Assembly: GCF_001194135.2 (NCBI RefSeq)
Contig: NC_068990.1
Span: 3,356,096 to 3,420,095, forward strand
DNA from: Octopus bimaculoides
Taxonomy: Eukaryota
Length of the DNA: 64,000 nt
Direction of reading: 5' to 3'
A program made the position numbers and the translations under genes. This document shows positions 12,558 through 26,042 of this stretch, piece by piece (position 1 is the first letter of the stretch; each line of letters starts with the position of its first letter). The notes below the pieces were generated by a model. The model did not search any database. It was not told where the DNA came from and saw only the letters and a list, made by a program, of their open reading frames with translations.

Positions 12558-14067
12558 AATATTTTAACTTTATTCAACTAATATATGTACATATATATAT
12601 GTATCACATACACAGGATATGTGTCTTGTTAGTTTGTTGTCCGGCTGCGGTTTTAGGCGTAAAAGAATATATTCCCTATGCGCCTGGTGTAAAAAAAACA
12701 AAACACCTGCAGTAAGTCACAGTCAAGCGAGACAACTCCTTTCTAGAATATCGATGTTTCGTTTAGACACACACACGCACACACATATTAAGTAAAACAG
12801 CAAGGAAAACAATTTTGATGCTCTTGTCGTTTAGCTCTGTCAAATCTTCCATTATGACCATCCCGCCTTTATTTTCAGACACGGTGTTTTTATAATACAA
12901 CATATACTCTATCACTTCATTACTCACATTGACGGTAACATGTGACACTCTGCTATTCAACATGTTTAGTCTTTTACCTACATCAGCAACTGTTATATAC
13001 TATATGCATTCTTTTATGGTACAGGTTTCGCTTCGGCGCTCATTTGAGAAGTACGTAAGCTGTAAATTGGCGGATTCATTAGACAGGAAAACTAAATGTT
13101 TTGCTTTATTTCTGATTTGTGCTTCCAAATCCCACGAAGTAATTTTAGTCATGGGGACCGATAAAATAAAATACAATTCCAGAGCTGACAACAAATTCTT
13201 GGAATTCTTATGAATATGGATGGCATTTCTTACAGCCCCCCCCCCCTCTACTGAATTCTTGTAATTTGAGCTTAATATTTCATCGAGTGATTCACTACCA
13301 ATGCATCACTGCAAATCGGACTTTGAGAACGCTTAATGGAATTCATTCTGTCAGAATGACTAGGGCTAAGTCTCTGGTTTAAGTATAACCTATACCCTTC
13401 GTCGTGCCCTTTGGTCTCTGTACAGATGTAAAGGTTCACATATATCATTGTCTCTCTAACTAAATGTAAAATATTATAAGATCGAATGACCAGGTACATA
13501 TGTCCATCTTCCTTCTTTGATACTAGTAATTTATTTCTTAAGAACCAGTTCCTCTGGTGCGGGCGTCTGTTTCGATTTTGAGTTGTTGATCCATACCCGA
13601 TGTACGAAAATATAAATGTGATTAACATCAAACGATTTTTCTTGAGATAGTCTATTTTTAATTGTATACAACAAATCTTTAGCAGTTCTAGCCATTTATA
13701 CGGAAATGTAAGAGCAAATATTGTACGATAACATGTGAAGAACAAAAGCAATTATATCTCAATATGTAAAGTAAAACGAAGAAATGGAATAAAGAACTAG
13801 CACACTTGAATAGCATAAAATAGAAATTTGCTTTGTTCCTTTGACAGTATTTTTTTTTATTTAATTACGTACATCGTTACGTTATTTAAAGAAAATAAGT
13901 TAACAATAGCAACCGAAACAAAAGATAACTTGTCTGACCTAATTCTGTACATTTGAATATGTTATCTATATTTAAATCTTTTCATTTATCATAAAGCAAA
14001 CATTTAAAGCTTCTTATAGACGGAGCACTTTGTATGTGTGAATGTATATCCGTGTGTATGTGTGTAC

Positions 14068-14130
<63 letters not shown>

Positions 14131-15612
14131 CGTGTATATATATTTCTGTGTATATATATGTACGTCGACCTACGCACATATATAATGCATTTTATAATAA
14201 AATTTCGTCAAGTTATCAGATTTCAGTAGCATAAGTTTGAGTAGAAAATGAACAGAGGGAAAATATCGATTTTCTATGTTTAGATCAGTGTCCGTATTGT
14301 TCAATGAAATCAATATGATTTGAATTCAGAAATACATACACACTAGCAAAAAAAAAGTGAAATAGTAAATGCACCGTATCATTGAATATTGGCATCGATA
14401 AAAACCGATAATTCATGCTCTTTTAACCATTTTATTAAAACATTGTAAGTTAACTGTCTCAAGGGCATCTTTACGCTGAAGATGTGTTGTTTAATGCTGC
14501 ATTTTAGTATTTGAAACTAAAGGAACAATAGTGGTGTTTTAAAGGCAAATCAACTCTAAACATCTGTGCGTTTCACGTCATATCTTGCAGTAACAATGCA
14601 TTGCTTTTTCTTTATTATAGTTAAAAAGCATTGCTTTGCTTGTGGTATTTATTGGTGAACAAAAGTGAATCTCCTTCATAGAATTTTGGCTATGATGTTG
14701 GTGAGAAGGAGGAGCAGTAGGAGAAAGAGGAAGAAGAGGAGGATCACGCTTTTATATTGCATAAGTACTGCTGTAACACAAGATGTAAAAACTTTTGTTG
14801 AATTTTATCACAGCGATACATCTATTCTGTTATATAACTTCTGATGTTTACATTAGGCGCTGAAAATAAACATGCTATCACGACGTTAGAAACTTTTATT
14901 TGCTTAGTTTTGTTTTGAAGTGCAATAGTGATTGGTTCCATATTTTAGGAGCGTAGTATTATTTTGTTCAATGTTTGTAGCAGAGACTGAGTAAAATGTG
15001 CTACAAAAAGTTTCTTCGTGATATATTATACAAAAAATAGAAACAAATTGCGTAAAAATGTAAATAAGAAATGGACGACCAACTAAAAGTCCAAGTTATG
15101 ATTTGTAAATGTGTAAACACTTTCATGAAAGAAAAGGTGTAGACTTATAAGCATGGACGAAATGTTTTCGTTGAGTGAAATATTTCAGCATTAGTAAGAA
15201 TAGCAGAGATATTTCTGTCATTGAAATTTGGACCTGGACCATTATAGGCACAATGTAGTTGACGCAAACGATTTGTTGATAACTATAAACAAGCGTCCGA
15301 TAATATGAACAGAAATAATGGAGGGTATAACCATAGTGGGGACTTAAAGGTTTACTGTTACTTATTCTTCTAATATAATGCAATAGATTTAATCTTTAAG
15401 ATATCCTCTCAACTAGGAAATCTGATGCAAACCTTTCTTTACTGCCTGCAACTATATCACATTATATAATATAGTCCATGCTGTACTATACGGTGGGCCA
15501 GTTCAAAATGGCTGGGATGTGAAAGCCTATGATCACAAATCTCTTTGATGTAAGTTAGAGAGACTTAAATAACAACAATAATATTCAAATTAGGGAATAT
15601 TAATGATTTCTG

Positions 15613-15830
15613 CTGCGAGCTGGCAGAATCGTTTACAATCCTGGCAAAATTCTTAGTAGCATTTCGCTCGTCCTTACTTTCTGAGTTCAAATTCCACCAA
15701 GGTCGACTTTGCCTTTGATCTTTTCGAAGATGATAAAATAGTTACAAGACGAGTACTCATGTCGATGTTATTAACTTATTCTCTCTTCCGAAATCGCAGG
15801 CCTTGTGCCAAAATTTGAGACCAATATTAA
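15613..15830 (+). mobile_element. SINE family A (tRNA-derived)
   Basis: Head gagctggcagaatcgttt (A box) ... gagttcaaattcc (B box), body ggtcgactttgcctttgatc, tail gcaggccttgtgccaaaatttgagacc. A more decayed plus-strand copy is at ~2143-2260. Confidence 0.85.
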
Positions 15831-17049
15831 TAATTTCCACCAGAAATCCACTGAAATTGAGCAGACAAATATAGTTAATTTAATCGACTACAGTTAGTAG
15901 AAACATGATATATATTTGTTTAAACAACCGCAGATGCAAATCACATCTGTAAAATCCGTACTCTGAATGTAAACAGGCGAAACTCACTATTGTCAAGAAG
16001 TATAACATGGCTGTCTTTTAATAATTTTCTCATCTAATAATAACAGCAAAATGACACATATCCTGAATGTGCTGAACTGTCGAGAAATGCCCTCAGTATT
16101 GTAGCGGTACCTCATCTATCCAGAATGCTGAAAGAAAGCTGACGATGCTGAGATTTGAGCTGAAATCAGAAAGGAAACTGAATGCCGCATGTCAGTGTTT
16201 ATACAACGTTTGAAGATTCTCCCAACATATTTTACCTGTCAGTCAATGGCATTATTAATATTTCATGAATGAAATTAAATTTTATTTTCTAACAGATGTA
16301 GGCACAACTTGCCGCAAAACGATTTGATACATCTACGGAGAAGGATGTGAGGTTTAAACAGTGCGATATTTTGTATTGCAATAAATGATGGTCTAAACTC
16401 TTGTTTTGATATCGGTAGATTCCATCGTAGTTTACTTATCGGACGTAAAATCAATGTAAGATGTTATGATTATTATATATTATATTCATAGGCAAGTCCT
16501 GTCAGTTTTTTATTGCTCAGACTTTTTTTATCTATAGACAGGTATTGAGACTAACACTATTTCAACGTATTACGAATGAATCAAATTAAATAATTAATGC
16601 GTAAAGTTACATTGCTTTGGCTCTATCTTATGCTTCATTTGTCTGACTGCTGCCCTTAAGGATATGCCACACTTAGCAAGTTAATGCATTGTTGAGAAAC
16701 TACTCGCATGTTTGTTATAATGCAAGTGAATCTTAGCTTCTTCTAATGCACTGATGTATCGATTGACAAAATAATAGATAATTTAATATATTTCTCCACA
16801 GTATATAATAAAGATATCAATTTCAGGGGCATATAAATTGTTGTCTATAGCTCAGACCGACATTAAAATTGTATTACTACTAAGACAAGATTCCTTTTCG
16901 GAGCAGAGAAGATATTCCTGGCAGATAATTTGGTAAACCTATTATGAGCCCAATTGCATTAAAAATCATTAGTCCTCAATGCTTGTGTTTCTAGGAGGAA
17001 CAGTATATGCCACATCAGCTCATTCAAGAACGAGGAAATGTTCAAAGTT

Positions 17050-17110
17050 TATCTGCAAATTTTGTATCCGTTAAACAGTTCTTCAACTCAGATGAAACCA
17101 TAGATTAGAT
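17050..17110 (+). pseudogene. Possible pogo/Tigger transposase scrap
   Basis: KQFFNSDET resembles the pogo-family QVFNxDET first-Asp motif; nothing else recognisable. Confidence 0.25.
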
Positions 17111-17891
17111 AAAGAAAAACAGGGAACATATCGATTCTTGTGATTTTGAAAGGGTGAACTAAGACGACAAAGATCTAAATAAAATCTTTGAACTCATCGA
17201 TTCTTGTGATTTTGAAAACGAGTACTAGTTTTCATAATTTTATTATGATGGGAATCAATGCAAAATTTGATTTTTCAGCGCACAAAGTCATTGATCTCAA
17301 TTTTGTACGTTCTGTTTATCACCAATCAACAGACGTTGAGTCAATGTGCAGATAACGAACTATGTAAAGTTGTTCAGAAGTATTTCTAATCAATTTTAAT
17401 ACTAAACACATTCGCAAATGATTGCCTGTTAATCGACTACATTTTCCGTAGTGTTAAATTGATGCGAGAGGAATATTTATTTGGATAACCTTTCTTTTCC
17501 AGTGAAGACGGAATAGCAAATCCAACTTGATTTTTGTCTTGCATAAGAAATATTAATTGGTTAGATTAACATTATATATATATAATGGTAGAGAATGAGC
17601 CTGAGTGAATGAACATCAAAGCAAAACGGTAAAAAGTAAGTAAACTGTGACGTTGAGGGAAATAAATCAAGATTCAGTCACAAGCCTTTGTCTGAAAAGA
17701 ATTCTTTCTGATGAAAATATACTTTTCTTCTCAGTAAATGAATATATTTTTCATGCTACTTTTGATGTTGGTGGGCTTGAGGGAATAATGTACAACCATA
17801 AAACTTAATTAAATTTCATTAGAAAATTAGTCACGTTTTTCTTTTTGTCGTAGTTTAAAATGTATGTGCGTGTGCGTATGAGTGTGTATGC

Positions 17892-17971
<80 letters not shown>

Positions 17972-20048
17972 NNNNNNNNNNGTGTATGTGTGTGTGTTTA
18001 TAATACACACACACATATATATATGCATATACATATGTGTATGTATGTATGTATGTATGTATGTATGTATGTATGCATGCAAATTCTACGAAATATATAT
18101 ATTGCATCACCAGCGGATACTACATTTTTAAATTACTACATAAAAGTAACCATAATACCAGCGTTCATGTCAGCAACTTCCAACATATTTTACCTGCTAA
18201 TTGTGATAACTCTGTTTTCAGTAATTCAAAGTGTTTTCTAGTTAGAAACATAACACTCCCTGATTCCAAAACCCACTTGTGTCTTGAACGAAATTTCAAC
18301 AATAGAAGAGAGATTATATATTTCGCCGTACATCAATATCGTTTTGACATGTACTTTAGCGAAGTATAGATAATTGTCACACTGTTGTACAACAATTAAT
18401 GTTTTATCTCTTCCTTTCAAAGAATTGTAAAATTCCTTTTCATTGTCTCCCGCTTTCAATTGTCAAGTGGACAGTAACTGATTTTTCAATCTATAATCCT
18501 AAAAAAAAAAATAATTAAAACATTGATTTTAAAATGCTTAGGAAGAGCATTTTGGATCATTATTTACTTAAAATATTCTAGCCTTTGGCTTTCTGGTGTG
18601 AATTCATGGTATTCAAATCATTTTTGAGTGAATTTAGACTGTGATTTATCCTGTATATTTACACGTCTGAGGTACTGTTTTTTCTGTTTCTGGAATGGTT
18701 CAGTTTATAAATAAAATGATTCAGTTAGTCCGTAACAATTATTATTCCTTTAGGTGTGTGACGCGTAAAATTATTCAGTGATTGCGACCTCAGTGGTATA
18801 TCAGACTTCATATAGTAATTACCATTTCTTAGTACAAACTATTCAAGGAATTTGAAAATCTAAGAATGATGTTTTTGTGATTTAGCAGCATTTTAAAAGA
18901 CTAAAAAATTCAGTTAGCACAATTCGAAAAAAAAAAGAAAAAAGAGATATAATTCCAGTCACAGATATGAACTCTGGTATTGTGAATCGATGAAATAATT
19001 CAAACGTGTGGGACACATGACTGGTTTTATATTACCTTACGAAGATTGATTTCAAAATGGCATTTTAAAATTAATGCAACCAAACCAGTATATCATTTAT
19101 TAAAGCTGTAATTTTACTGCAATGTTTTTGATGTCTAAAACCAGAACTGCACTGATAGAGTAAGCTCATGACCATTATTTCCAAACCATATTATTCCCAT
19201 ATTTAACATGTGTAGTTTTATGCTACCCAATGTGGTCTGGCTTCTATAAAACGACTGAGTGGCATTTGGTGCAATTTTCGAATATATTTCACTTGGAGCC
19301 AGTAAGGCAGTGACGAAGAAAAATCGTCTCATTTCGCTGTTCTTCTCGTAATTGCTTGAATGGTAAACATCAGAGCACTCTTGCATTAAAATGATGTTTC
19401 AAGTAAACGAAAATTAAAAAAATAACTATTTTGCAACAGCATACTAATTAAATGATTCATCTGGATAAAGAGAAAATTATATATTAACGAGTACGAGGAG
19501 TATGATATATTAACCAATTTTCCATTTAACCTCTAAATGCTATTTAAATTAATGTTTTGATTTAAAAGCAGGATAATAGTGACAATTAACTATGCGGAAA
19601 CTGTAATGAAGTTATTCATGAAAAAAATGATTTAGTATTGATAATATATGTTATGATATAATGAAACACATTGCAACAGTAAGGCGACATCAACTTGTGC
19701 ATCTGATGTAACGTAATATCAGTGAAATATTTCTAAATTTAGATTATATTAAATTGCATGCATCAAAGTTTGAAAAATGTTTTGAAATTTGAAATTACGC
19801 TAGCAAATAGACGGAATTGGGGAATAATTGCTATGAGTTGCGCAAATGTGTAAACATTAGCATTTGTTGTCAATGATTTGATTCGTTTGTAAATTGTTCA
19901 TTATGCTAACAACTGTGGATTGACTGATCTAAAAAACACGTATATATAATAATAATGTATTCAATCTAATTCATTTCAAAACAATTTTTACGTACGAAAC
20001 GCCGCTTGATATTCCAGGCATTAAAAGTATAATAGTAATATAATTATA

Positions 20049-20321
20049 GTCGCTAGCGTGGCTGCGTGGTTAAGAAGCTTGTTTCACATGCACATGGTTC
20101 CGGATTCAGTGCCACTGCATGGCACGTTCGGCAAGTGTTTTCTATTATAGCTCGGGCCGACCAAAGCCTTGTGACTGTATTTGGAAGACGGAAACTGAAA
20201 GAAGCCGTAATATTTGTAAATATTTATGGGTATGTGTATATTTATGTCTATGTTTGTTCCACCACCATCGCTTGACAACCGCTCTTATTGTGTTCGAGTC
20301 CCAGTAAATTAACCGTTTTCG
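20049..20321 (+). mobile_element. SINE family B, 3'-truncated
   Basis: gcgtggctgcgtggttaagaagcttg...ggttccggattcagtgccactgc.tggcacgttcggcaagtgt.ttctattatagc.cgggccgaccaaagcc. Confidence 0.85.
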
Positions 20322-20384
20322 TACAAACTTCCATTATGCAGCTGAGGAGTACATTTTCATTGCACATCTTATGTGGTGTTCTCA

Positions 20385-20550
20385 CTACATAAATAAATGA
20401 AGCTTGTACGAAACGTACGTACTGCTATAACCTATTGCATTTTTGTTGCTCTTCTTCAAATTTTATTCACCAAATCTCTAGATTTTGTTTTTGGTTTTTA
20501 CCCTACAAAATTCTGGTGCCTCAAACATTTTAAGTACCACATTTAATATT
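20385..20550 (-). repeat. ~165-bp dispersed repeat, second copy inverted at ~30820-30998
   Basis: Reverse complement of ctacataaataaatgaagcttgtacgaaacgtacgtactgctataacc...ttaagtaccacatttaat aligns to ttaaatgtggtacttaaaatg...gtacgtacgtttcgtacaaacttcatttatttatgtag. Confidence 0.85.
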
Positions 20551-20805
20551 NNNNNNNNNNNNNNNNNNNNNNNNNNNNNNNNNNNNNNNNNNNNNNNNNN
20601 NNNNNNNNNNNNNNNNNNNNNNNNNNNNNNNNNNNNNNNNNNNNNNNNNNNNNNNNNNNNNNNNNNNNNNNNNNNNNNNNNNNNNNNNNNNNNNNNNNNN
20701 NNNNNNNNNNNNNNNNNNNNNNNNNNNNNNNNNNNNNNNNNNNNNNNNNNNNNNNNNNNNNNNNNNNNNNNNNNNNNNNNNNNNNNNNNNNNNNNNNNNN
20801 NNNNN

Positions 20806-20988
20806 AAAACACCTACATCCAGTTTGGGCAGGTCCGTTAGGCTCTTTGAGAGGATATCAAAACACCGTGGGTTGCTGTTGCAGTAACTGGTTCTGAAGCG
20901 CGACTGCAATGCTGAGATCTTTGGCACTGTGCAGTGGCGACCCGTTCTGGTATTTGTGTGGCATTCAATGTCAAAATCTGGAACAATC

Positions 20989-20992
<4 letters not shown>
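20806..20992 (-). mobile_element. LINE ORF2 C-terminal fragment (CR1/L2/Jockey-group-like)
   Basis: Minus frame GIVPDFDIECHTNTRTGRHCTVPKISALQSRFRTSYCNSNPRCFDILSKSLTDLPKLDVGVF resembles the conserved 3' end HNTRG...P.LFN.LP...R...V..FK of these LINEs. Confidence 0.6.
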
Positions 20993-21055
<63 letters not shown>

Positions 21056-21768
21056 TTTATTTATGTATACCTATACACACACATGTATAAAATATTCCTG
21101 TGCCGTCAAGAATGACTTAATTGTAAAGGCTATAAGTCAAAAACTAGTATTTGATAAATCTATGATCGTAGCATACATTCCATATACTTTATATAAATAT
21201 GTTACAACATTTAGTTCATGGTCAAGTGAGGTCCCAATAAATACTCATTTACCAGACCTATTTATATTTACGTCAGTTAATATAAATGTGTTTTCGCATT
21301 AAATATATCAGAAAAATAATGTACTAAAATGTTCAAATATGCTATAAACATCTCTAAGTCACATTTCAAACGTTGCACATTTGCAGTTTACACTGAATCA
21401 TACATTGCAGCAGATAAATTAGATTTTTTTTTATTAGTAATTTTTCTGAACAAATTGCGAAAGATTTATCCTTGTTGGGTTTTTACTATGGATACACTTT
21501 CGTGGTTAATTAAGCAGGTCTTTTATTACAGATTCTTTTGCGAAACATGTATTTCCAATCAGAATCCTTTGATCTTCACTCATTTCCATGTATAATCTCA
21601 GATTATTCCTAAATTCATTACATACACACATATACTTACATATACACATATATAGGCACACACGCGCATACATACACACATTTATAGATACATGCTTGTA
21701 CGTATGTTTGTACAATCATAGTTATGTGTGTATGTATATATATTTATATACATACATATATAACATAA

Positions 21769-21807
<39 letters not shown>

Positions 21808-21809
21808 CA

Positions 21810-22140
21810 GGCACAGGTGTGACTGTGTGGTAACAACGTTGCTTCGCAACCACATGGTTCCGGGTTCAGTCCCACTGCGTGTCACCTTAGGCAAATGTTT
21901 TCTACTATAGTCTCCGGTCGACCAAAATCTTGTGAGTGGATTCGGTAGACGGAACATGAAAGATGGCCGTCGTATATATGCGGGTGTGTATGAGTTTATC
22001 CCCGTAATCTAGCAGTTCGGCAAAAGAGACCGATAGAATAGGTACTAGGCTTACAAAGAATAAGTACTGGGGTCAATTTGTTCGACTAAATGCGGTGCCC
22101 CAGCATGGCCACTGTCAAAATGACTGAAACAAGTAAAAGA
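21810..22140 (+). mobile_element. SINE family B, near full length (tRNA head, CORE-like ccttaggcaa segment, internal microsatellite)
   Basis: ggcacaggtgtgactgtgtggtaa...ggttccgggttcagtcccactgcgtgtcaccttaggcaaatg...gacggaa...cgtcgtatatatg...cggcaaaagagaccgatag...gactgaaacaagtaaaaga. Confidence 0.9.
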
Positions 22141-22299
22141 ATATATATACACATATTTATATATACATACATATATATATATAAATATATAAATACACAC
22201 ACACATACATACATACATACATACATACATACATACATACATACTTACATACGTACATACATTCAAACGTGCATACATACATAATACATACATGCGAGA

Positions 22300-23200
22300 A
22301 TCGGCTGATTAAGTCTTCCATTTCCTGTTTTCCTGGCCGTATCATAGTCTCCCTTTCTCTAGTTTTCCTGGTCATTTCGCCTTCAGCATCTTTTGCGACT
22401 GCCTCAACACGTTGGCGTCAACTCATGATGTGGCCCTTTTGAAGATAGTAGACAAACACAATGTCTTTTGGATCACAAAACACTGAGTCCATCACTTTCC
22501 CTGCAGATGAAATGACCTCCATTTTCTTCGGAACTGGTGAGAAGAGGTATTTCCACTGCAGGGATTATCTCTCTGTCTCATGATCGAAATGATGAACACA
22601 ACGCCCATCCTGGATCTGCCTCAAATAATTTCAGATTACTTCCCCTTGATGTGATCAGCCTGTTGCGCTTTTGATCAGGCATCAGATGACGTGGCACCCA
22701 CCCAGTAGATACCTTTGTCATACCAAGCTCATTGCTCAGAATATTCTCAGCTATCTCACTATAGATACTAATTGCATTGGTCATATGATTTATTGTCAGT
22801 CGCCTGTCATCAATCAATATGTGCTGAGCATACTCAATGTTTTTTCGATGGTTGTAGTTGAAGGATGTCCAAACCTTGGATTATCTTCAATACACTCTCT
22901 TCTCCTCCAAAATGCAGCCGCTTACTTTTCCACAGTTGGTGAAACGGGTTCCTCATTCCCTAATGTAACAACCATGTCATCATGAATGTCGTTCGGAGCT
23001 TAACAATTTTTTCTCTGTAGATGTCCGATAACGCCATGATGCCAAATTTTGTCCATTTTCAAGAGACTACCTACTTTTGAAGTCTTCTGTGAACAGTCAA
23101 ATACCCGTTTACTTGGCAAGAAACAATGCCGTTATTGATAAGGAGAGTTCAAATTAATACATGCGATTTAGAGCGCCAGCGTCATTCATTCATAGCCAGC
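22300..23200 (-). mobile_element. Decayed mariner transposon (transposase ATG at 23056)
   Basis: MDKIWHHGVI...DDRRLTINHMTNAISI...ELGMTKVSTGWVPRHL (WVPR motif) ...SAGKVMDSVFCDPKDIVFVYYLQKGH; stops, frameshifts and 3' truncation. Confidence 0.9.
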
Positions 23201-23254
23201 CTATGACATGTTCAATTCAGACAGACAGGCACACACAGGTAGATACATAAACAG

Positions 23255-23256
23255 AC

Positions 23257-23331
<75 letters not shown>

Positions 23332-23332
23332 C

Positions 23333-23387
<55 letters not shown>

Positions 23388-23388
23388 C

Positions 23389-23428
<40 letters not shown>

Positions 23429-23460
23429 TGATTGACTGATTGACTGACTGATTGATTGAT
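23255..23460. repeat. (AGAT)n then (TGAT/TGAC)n tetranucleotide microsatellite
   Basis: Direct reading; (ATCT)n also at 54899-54958 and (AGAT)n at 56209-56268 and 63550-63579. Confidence 0.95.
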
Positions 23461-25599
23461 TGATCAATGCACGCAAACATACACACACACACAACGAAAT
23501 TTGCACAGAAGAAATGGAAAATAAATTCGATGTGCCTTTTCCTCTTTACAAGGTTTTGAACTCCTTGCCTAAGTATACCACTGAACTAGAGGATATAAAA
23601 AAAATTGAAATAATAACAAATTTAGAATTGAGGGAATACCAATACGGAGCTTAAAGTCTGTTTTAGAAGAGAAAATAGATTGTAAATTGTTAATTAACTT
23701 TATTGATTACTTAATATACATGAAACATTTGTTACGCTACTGCATGGAGTATTGTTACCAGTATGTCAATAGGGTAAAAAGTAAAATATTGAATATTTAG
23801 TCTATAAACTTCGAGATATCACATCTGTCAAGTTAGAAAACCTCGATACACCGAGAATTTGCGAGACACAGTCAGACATATTTACACACACGCATGTATA
23901 CAAGTATGCGTACACACACACACACACATTTTGTTTTTTGATTTAACTGTGCTTCATCCGGTATCGTTAATGAAGTAAATCATGTCACCTTCTTAGTTTT
24001 CTACACCTAATTTATCTAACCAGACGTTTCCTTTACATTTCCTTCAGACAAATAACAATCTCCCGTTTGATACAGACATCAATCAGCTGTCCCCGCAAGC
24101 AACAAAAATAAAATCGGTGATTCATGCTTAAAATGATTGGTTCTTCAAAGAATTCATGTTTATTTTGTAGATGGCGTGTTCATTTCCTCTTTTAAAATGA
24201 TTGCTATATGTCGTATTCGCATATTTTCTTACTCTCTAAGACGTACGGTATAGTTGACTTAATATTGAAAGTGCTACGTTGAGGACATAAGGTTATACAT
24301 GTTTACATCGTTAAAATGTTGCATCTAATTTATAAGTTCAAATCGTAATGGAAATATGTTGCCTAGCGTTCACTCCGGAGAAAAAAATAACAGATGATAT
24401 TGGTTATCAATTGTATTTTCATATCACTAGTCGTGTTATAATCAGCTTGTCTAGAAAAGCAGACGAGAAATAACACGCCGCATGTTAAAAATGTTACGGC
24501 TCTGATATCAGATTGAAGAAATACAAAATTTCTTTCATTGATGACATACCTACAATTGATATATTCAAGACCGGACGAATTCATTTCCTTACAATTTATA
24601 CATCGTGTCATTTTCCCATTTACTTATAGTTTATACATTATATCATACTGTTGACGAAGTCATCCATCTTGATGACGACGTTTTGCTTGAAATTCCATTT
24701 TCTATTTGCTCCAAAACAATAAACATTAAATAATATAGTCCATTCAACACCATTGTATCATTATGCTACATTAGGAAAACATTTTATTTTAGGTGAAAAA
24801 TAGCCATAAAAGTGACTTATCACCAACGAACCATAACCATCATAGTGTATCTGAACTGGTAGCATATGGTCTGCTTTCACTCATTTTTTAAGTGTCTGTG
24901 TAGTCGAGTGTGGGTACACGTCTGGTCAACCCACACTTGACACAAATGAACATCGAGATTCTGTCAGTTGTGGTGAAAGAGAGCTGCACTAGTAATTAGC
25001 TGGTGGCCATTGCAGCAGAGTAGATTAAAACTGTTTAGAATGAAGTACCTTACTCCGAAACACAACATACAGCGTGTCAATCCCACAAGCTACTCAAAAG
25101 ACAACTACCCTTCACACGAGCATGAATTATAGTATCTCTGTTTCTTAAATGCCATGTTCCATTGTGATGGTTTGGTCCCATAGTTGCCCTAATTACTTAA
25201 GCAATCTAATGATTAAAACCATTCCATCTCTTTTAATTGGTAACGGACCTTAATTAATATGGTTATGATTAATTGTTATTTCAAACAATAACTTTGTTGC
25301 ATGAAGGTGCTTCATCTCTTATTCGTCATGGAATTAGCAAGTGTGTAGTCTTTATCATGTCTCATGCATTATTGATCCAATCTGTAACTGCTTAAGGCCA
25401 ACGATGTGGATTCGAGTAAAAACATATTAAGCAATTAAATAGGGAGTTTGTATTATACTACTAAAATCCATCGCATGTACGTGCAGGATGCACGTGGCTC
25501 CTTAGCCCAAAATTGGTATAACAACTATGTCAAAACTAATTCATTTTCAAGAGGGCCGCATCCGAAATGTTCACGTCTTGATTTCAGGAAAGAATCCGG

Positions 25600-25741
25600 A
25601 TACATTATGTACATTTGACGGACATTTGTCCTCATCTTGTTTGTTGTTAACACAACGTTTCGGTTGATATACCCTCCAACCTTCATCAGGTGTCTTGGGG
25701 AAATTTCGAAACTGGGTTCTCATTCCTAAGGTATTTTTCGA

Positions 25742-25777
<36 letters not shown>

Positions 25778-25886
25778 CATTATTCAGGTCACTGCCTGGA
25801 ATCGAACTCGGAATCTTAGGGTTAGTAGCTCACGCTCTTAACAACTACGCCATATGCTCACGGGCATATGGCGTAGTTGTTAAAAG
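25600..25886 (-). mobile_element. tRNA-headed SINE-like element with (AAT)n spacer and hammerhead-bearing 3' body
   Basis: Minus strand: TGGCGTAGTTG A box (25842-25852), GAGTTCGATTCC B box (25798-25809), (AAT)n at 25743-25775, then the hammerhead motif; a head-to-head inverted copy of the head lies at 25864-25883. Confidence 0.7.
25649..25694 (-). ncRNA. Minimal PLE-type type I hammerhead motif
   Basis: GACAC-CUGAUGA-A-GGUUG-GAGGGUAUAU-CAACC-GAAA-CGU-U-GUGUU: 5-bp stem I, 5-bp stem II, palindromic ACGU stem III, GUU triplet (cut after 25654). Confidence 0.7.
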
Positions 25887-25971
25887 AAAATGACTCTCTC
25901 CAGACACGACAGTATATATATATATATATATATTNNNNNNNNNNNNNNNNNNNNNNNNNNNNNNNNNNNNN

Positions 25972-26042
<71 letters not shown>

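Noticed and set aside
13272-13751. 159-aa minus-strand ORF
   Set aside because: No recognisable domain or convincing splice or start context; composition matches AT-rich background.
16221-18196. Exact 17-mer ccaacatattttacctg at two sites, each resembling a minus-strand splice donor (duplicated exons?)
   Set aside because: Flanks do not align, and a few exact 17-mers are expected by chance in 60 kb of AT-rich DNA.
23255-23460. Regular short-repeat arrays as a CRISPR locus
   Set aside because: Pure tandem microsatellites without unique spacers or cas genes, in eukaryotic DNA.
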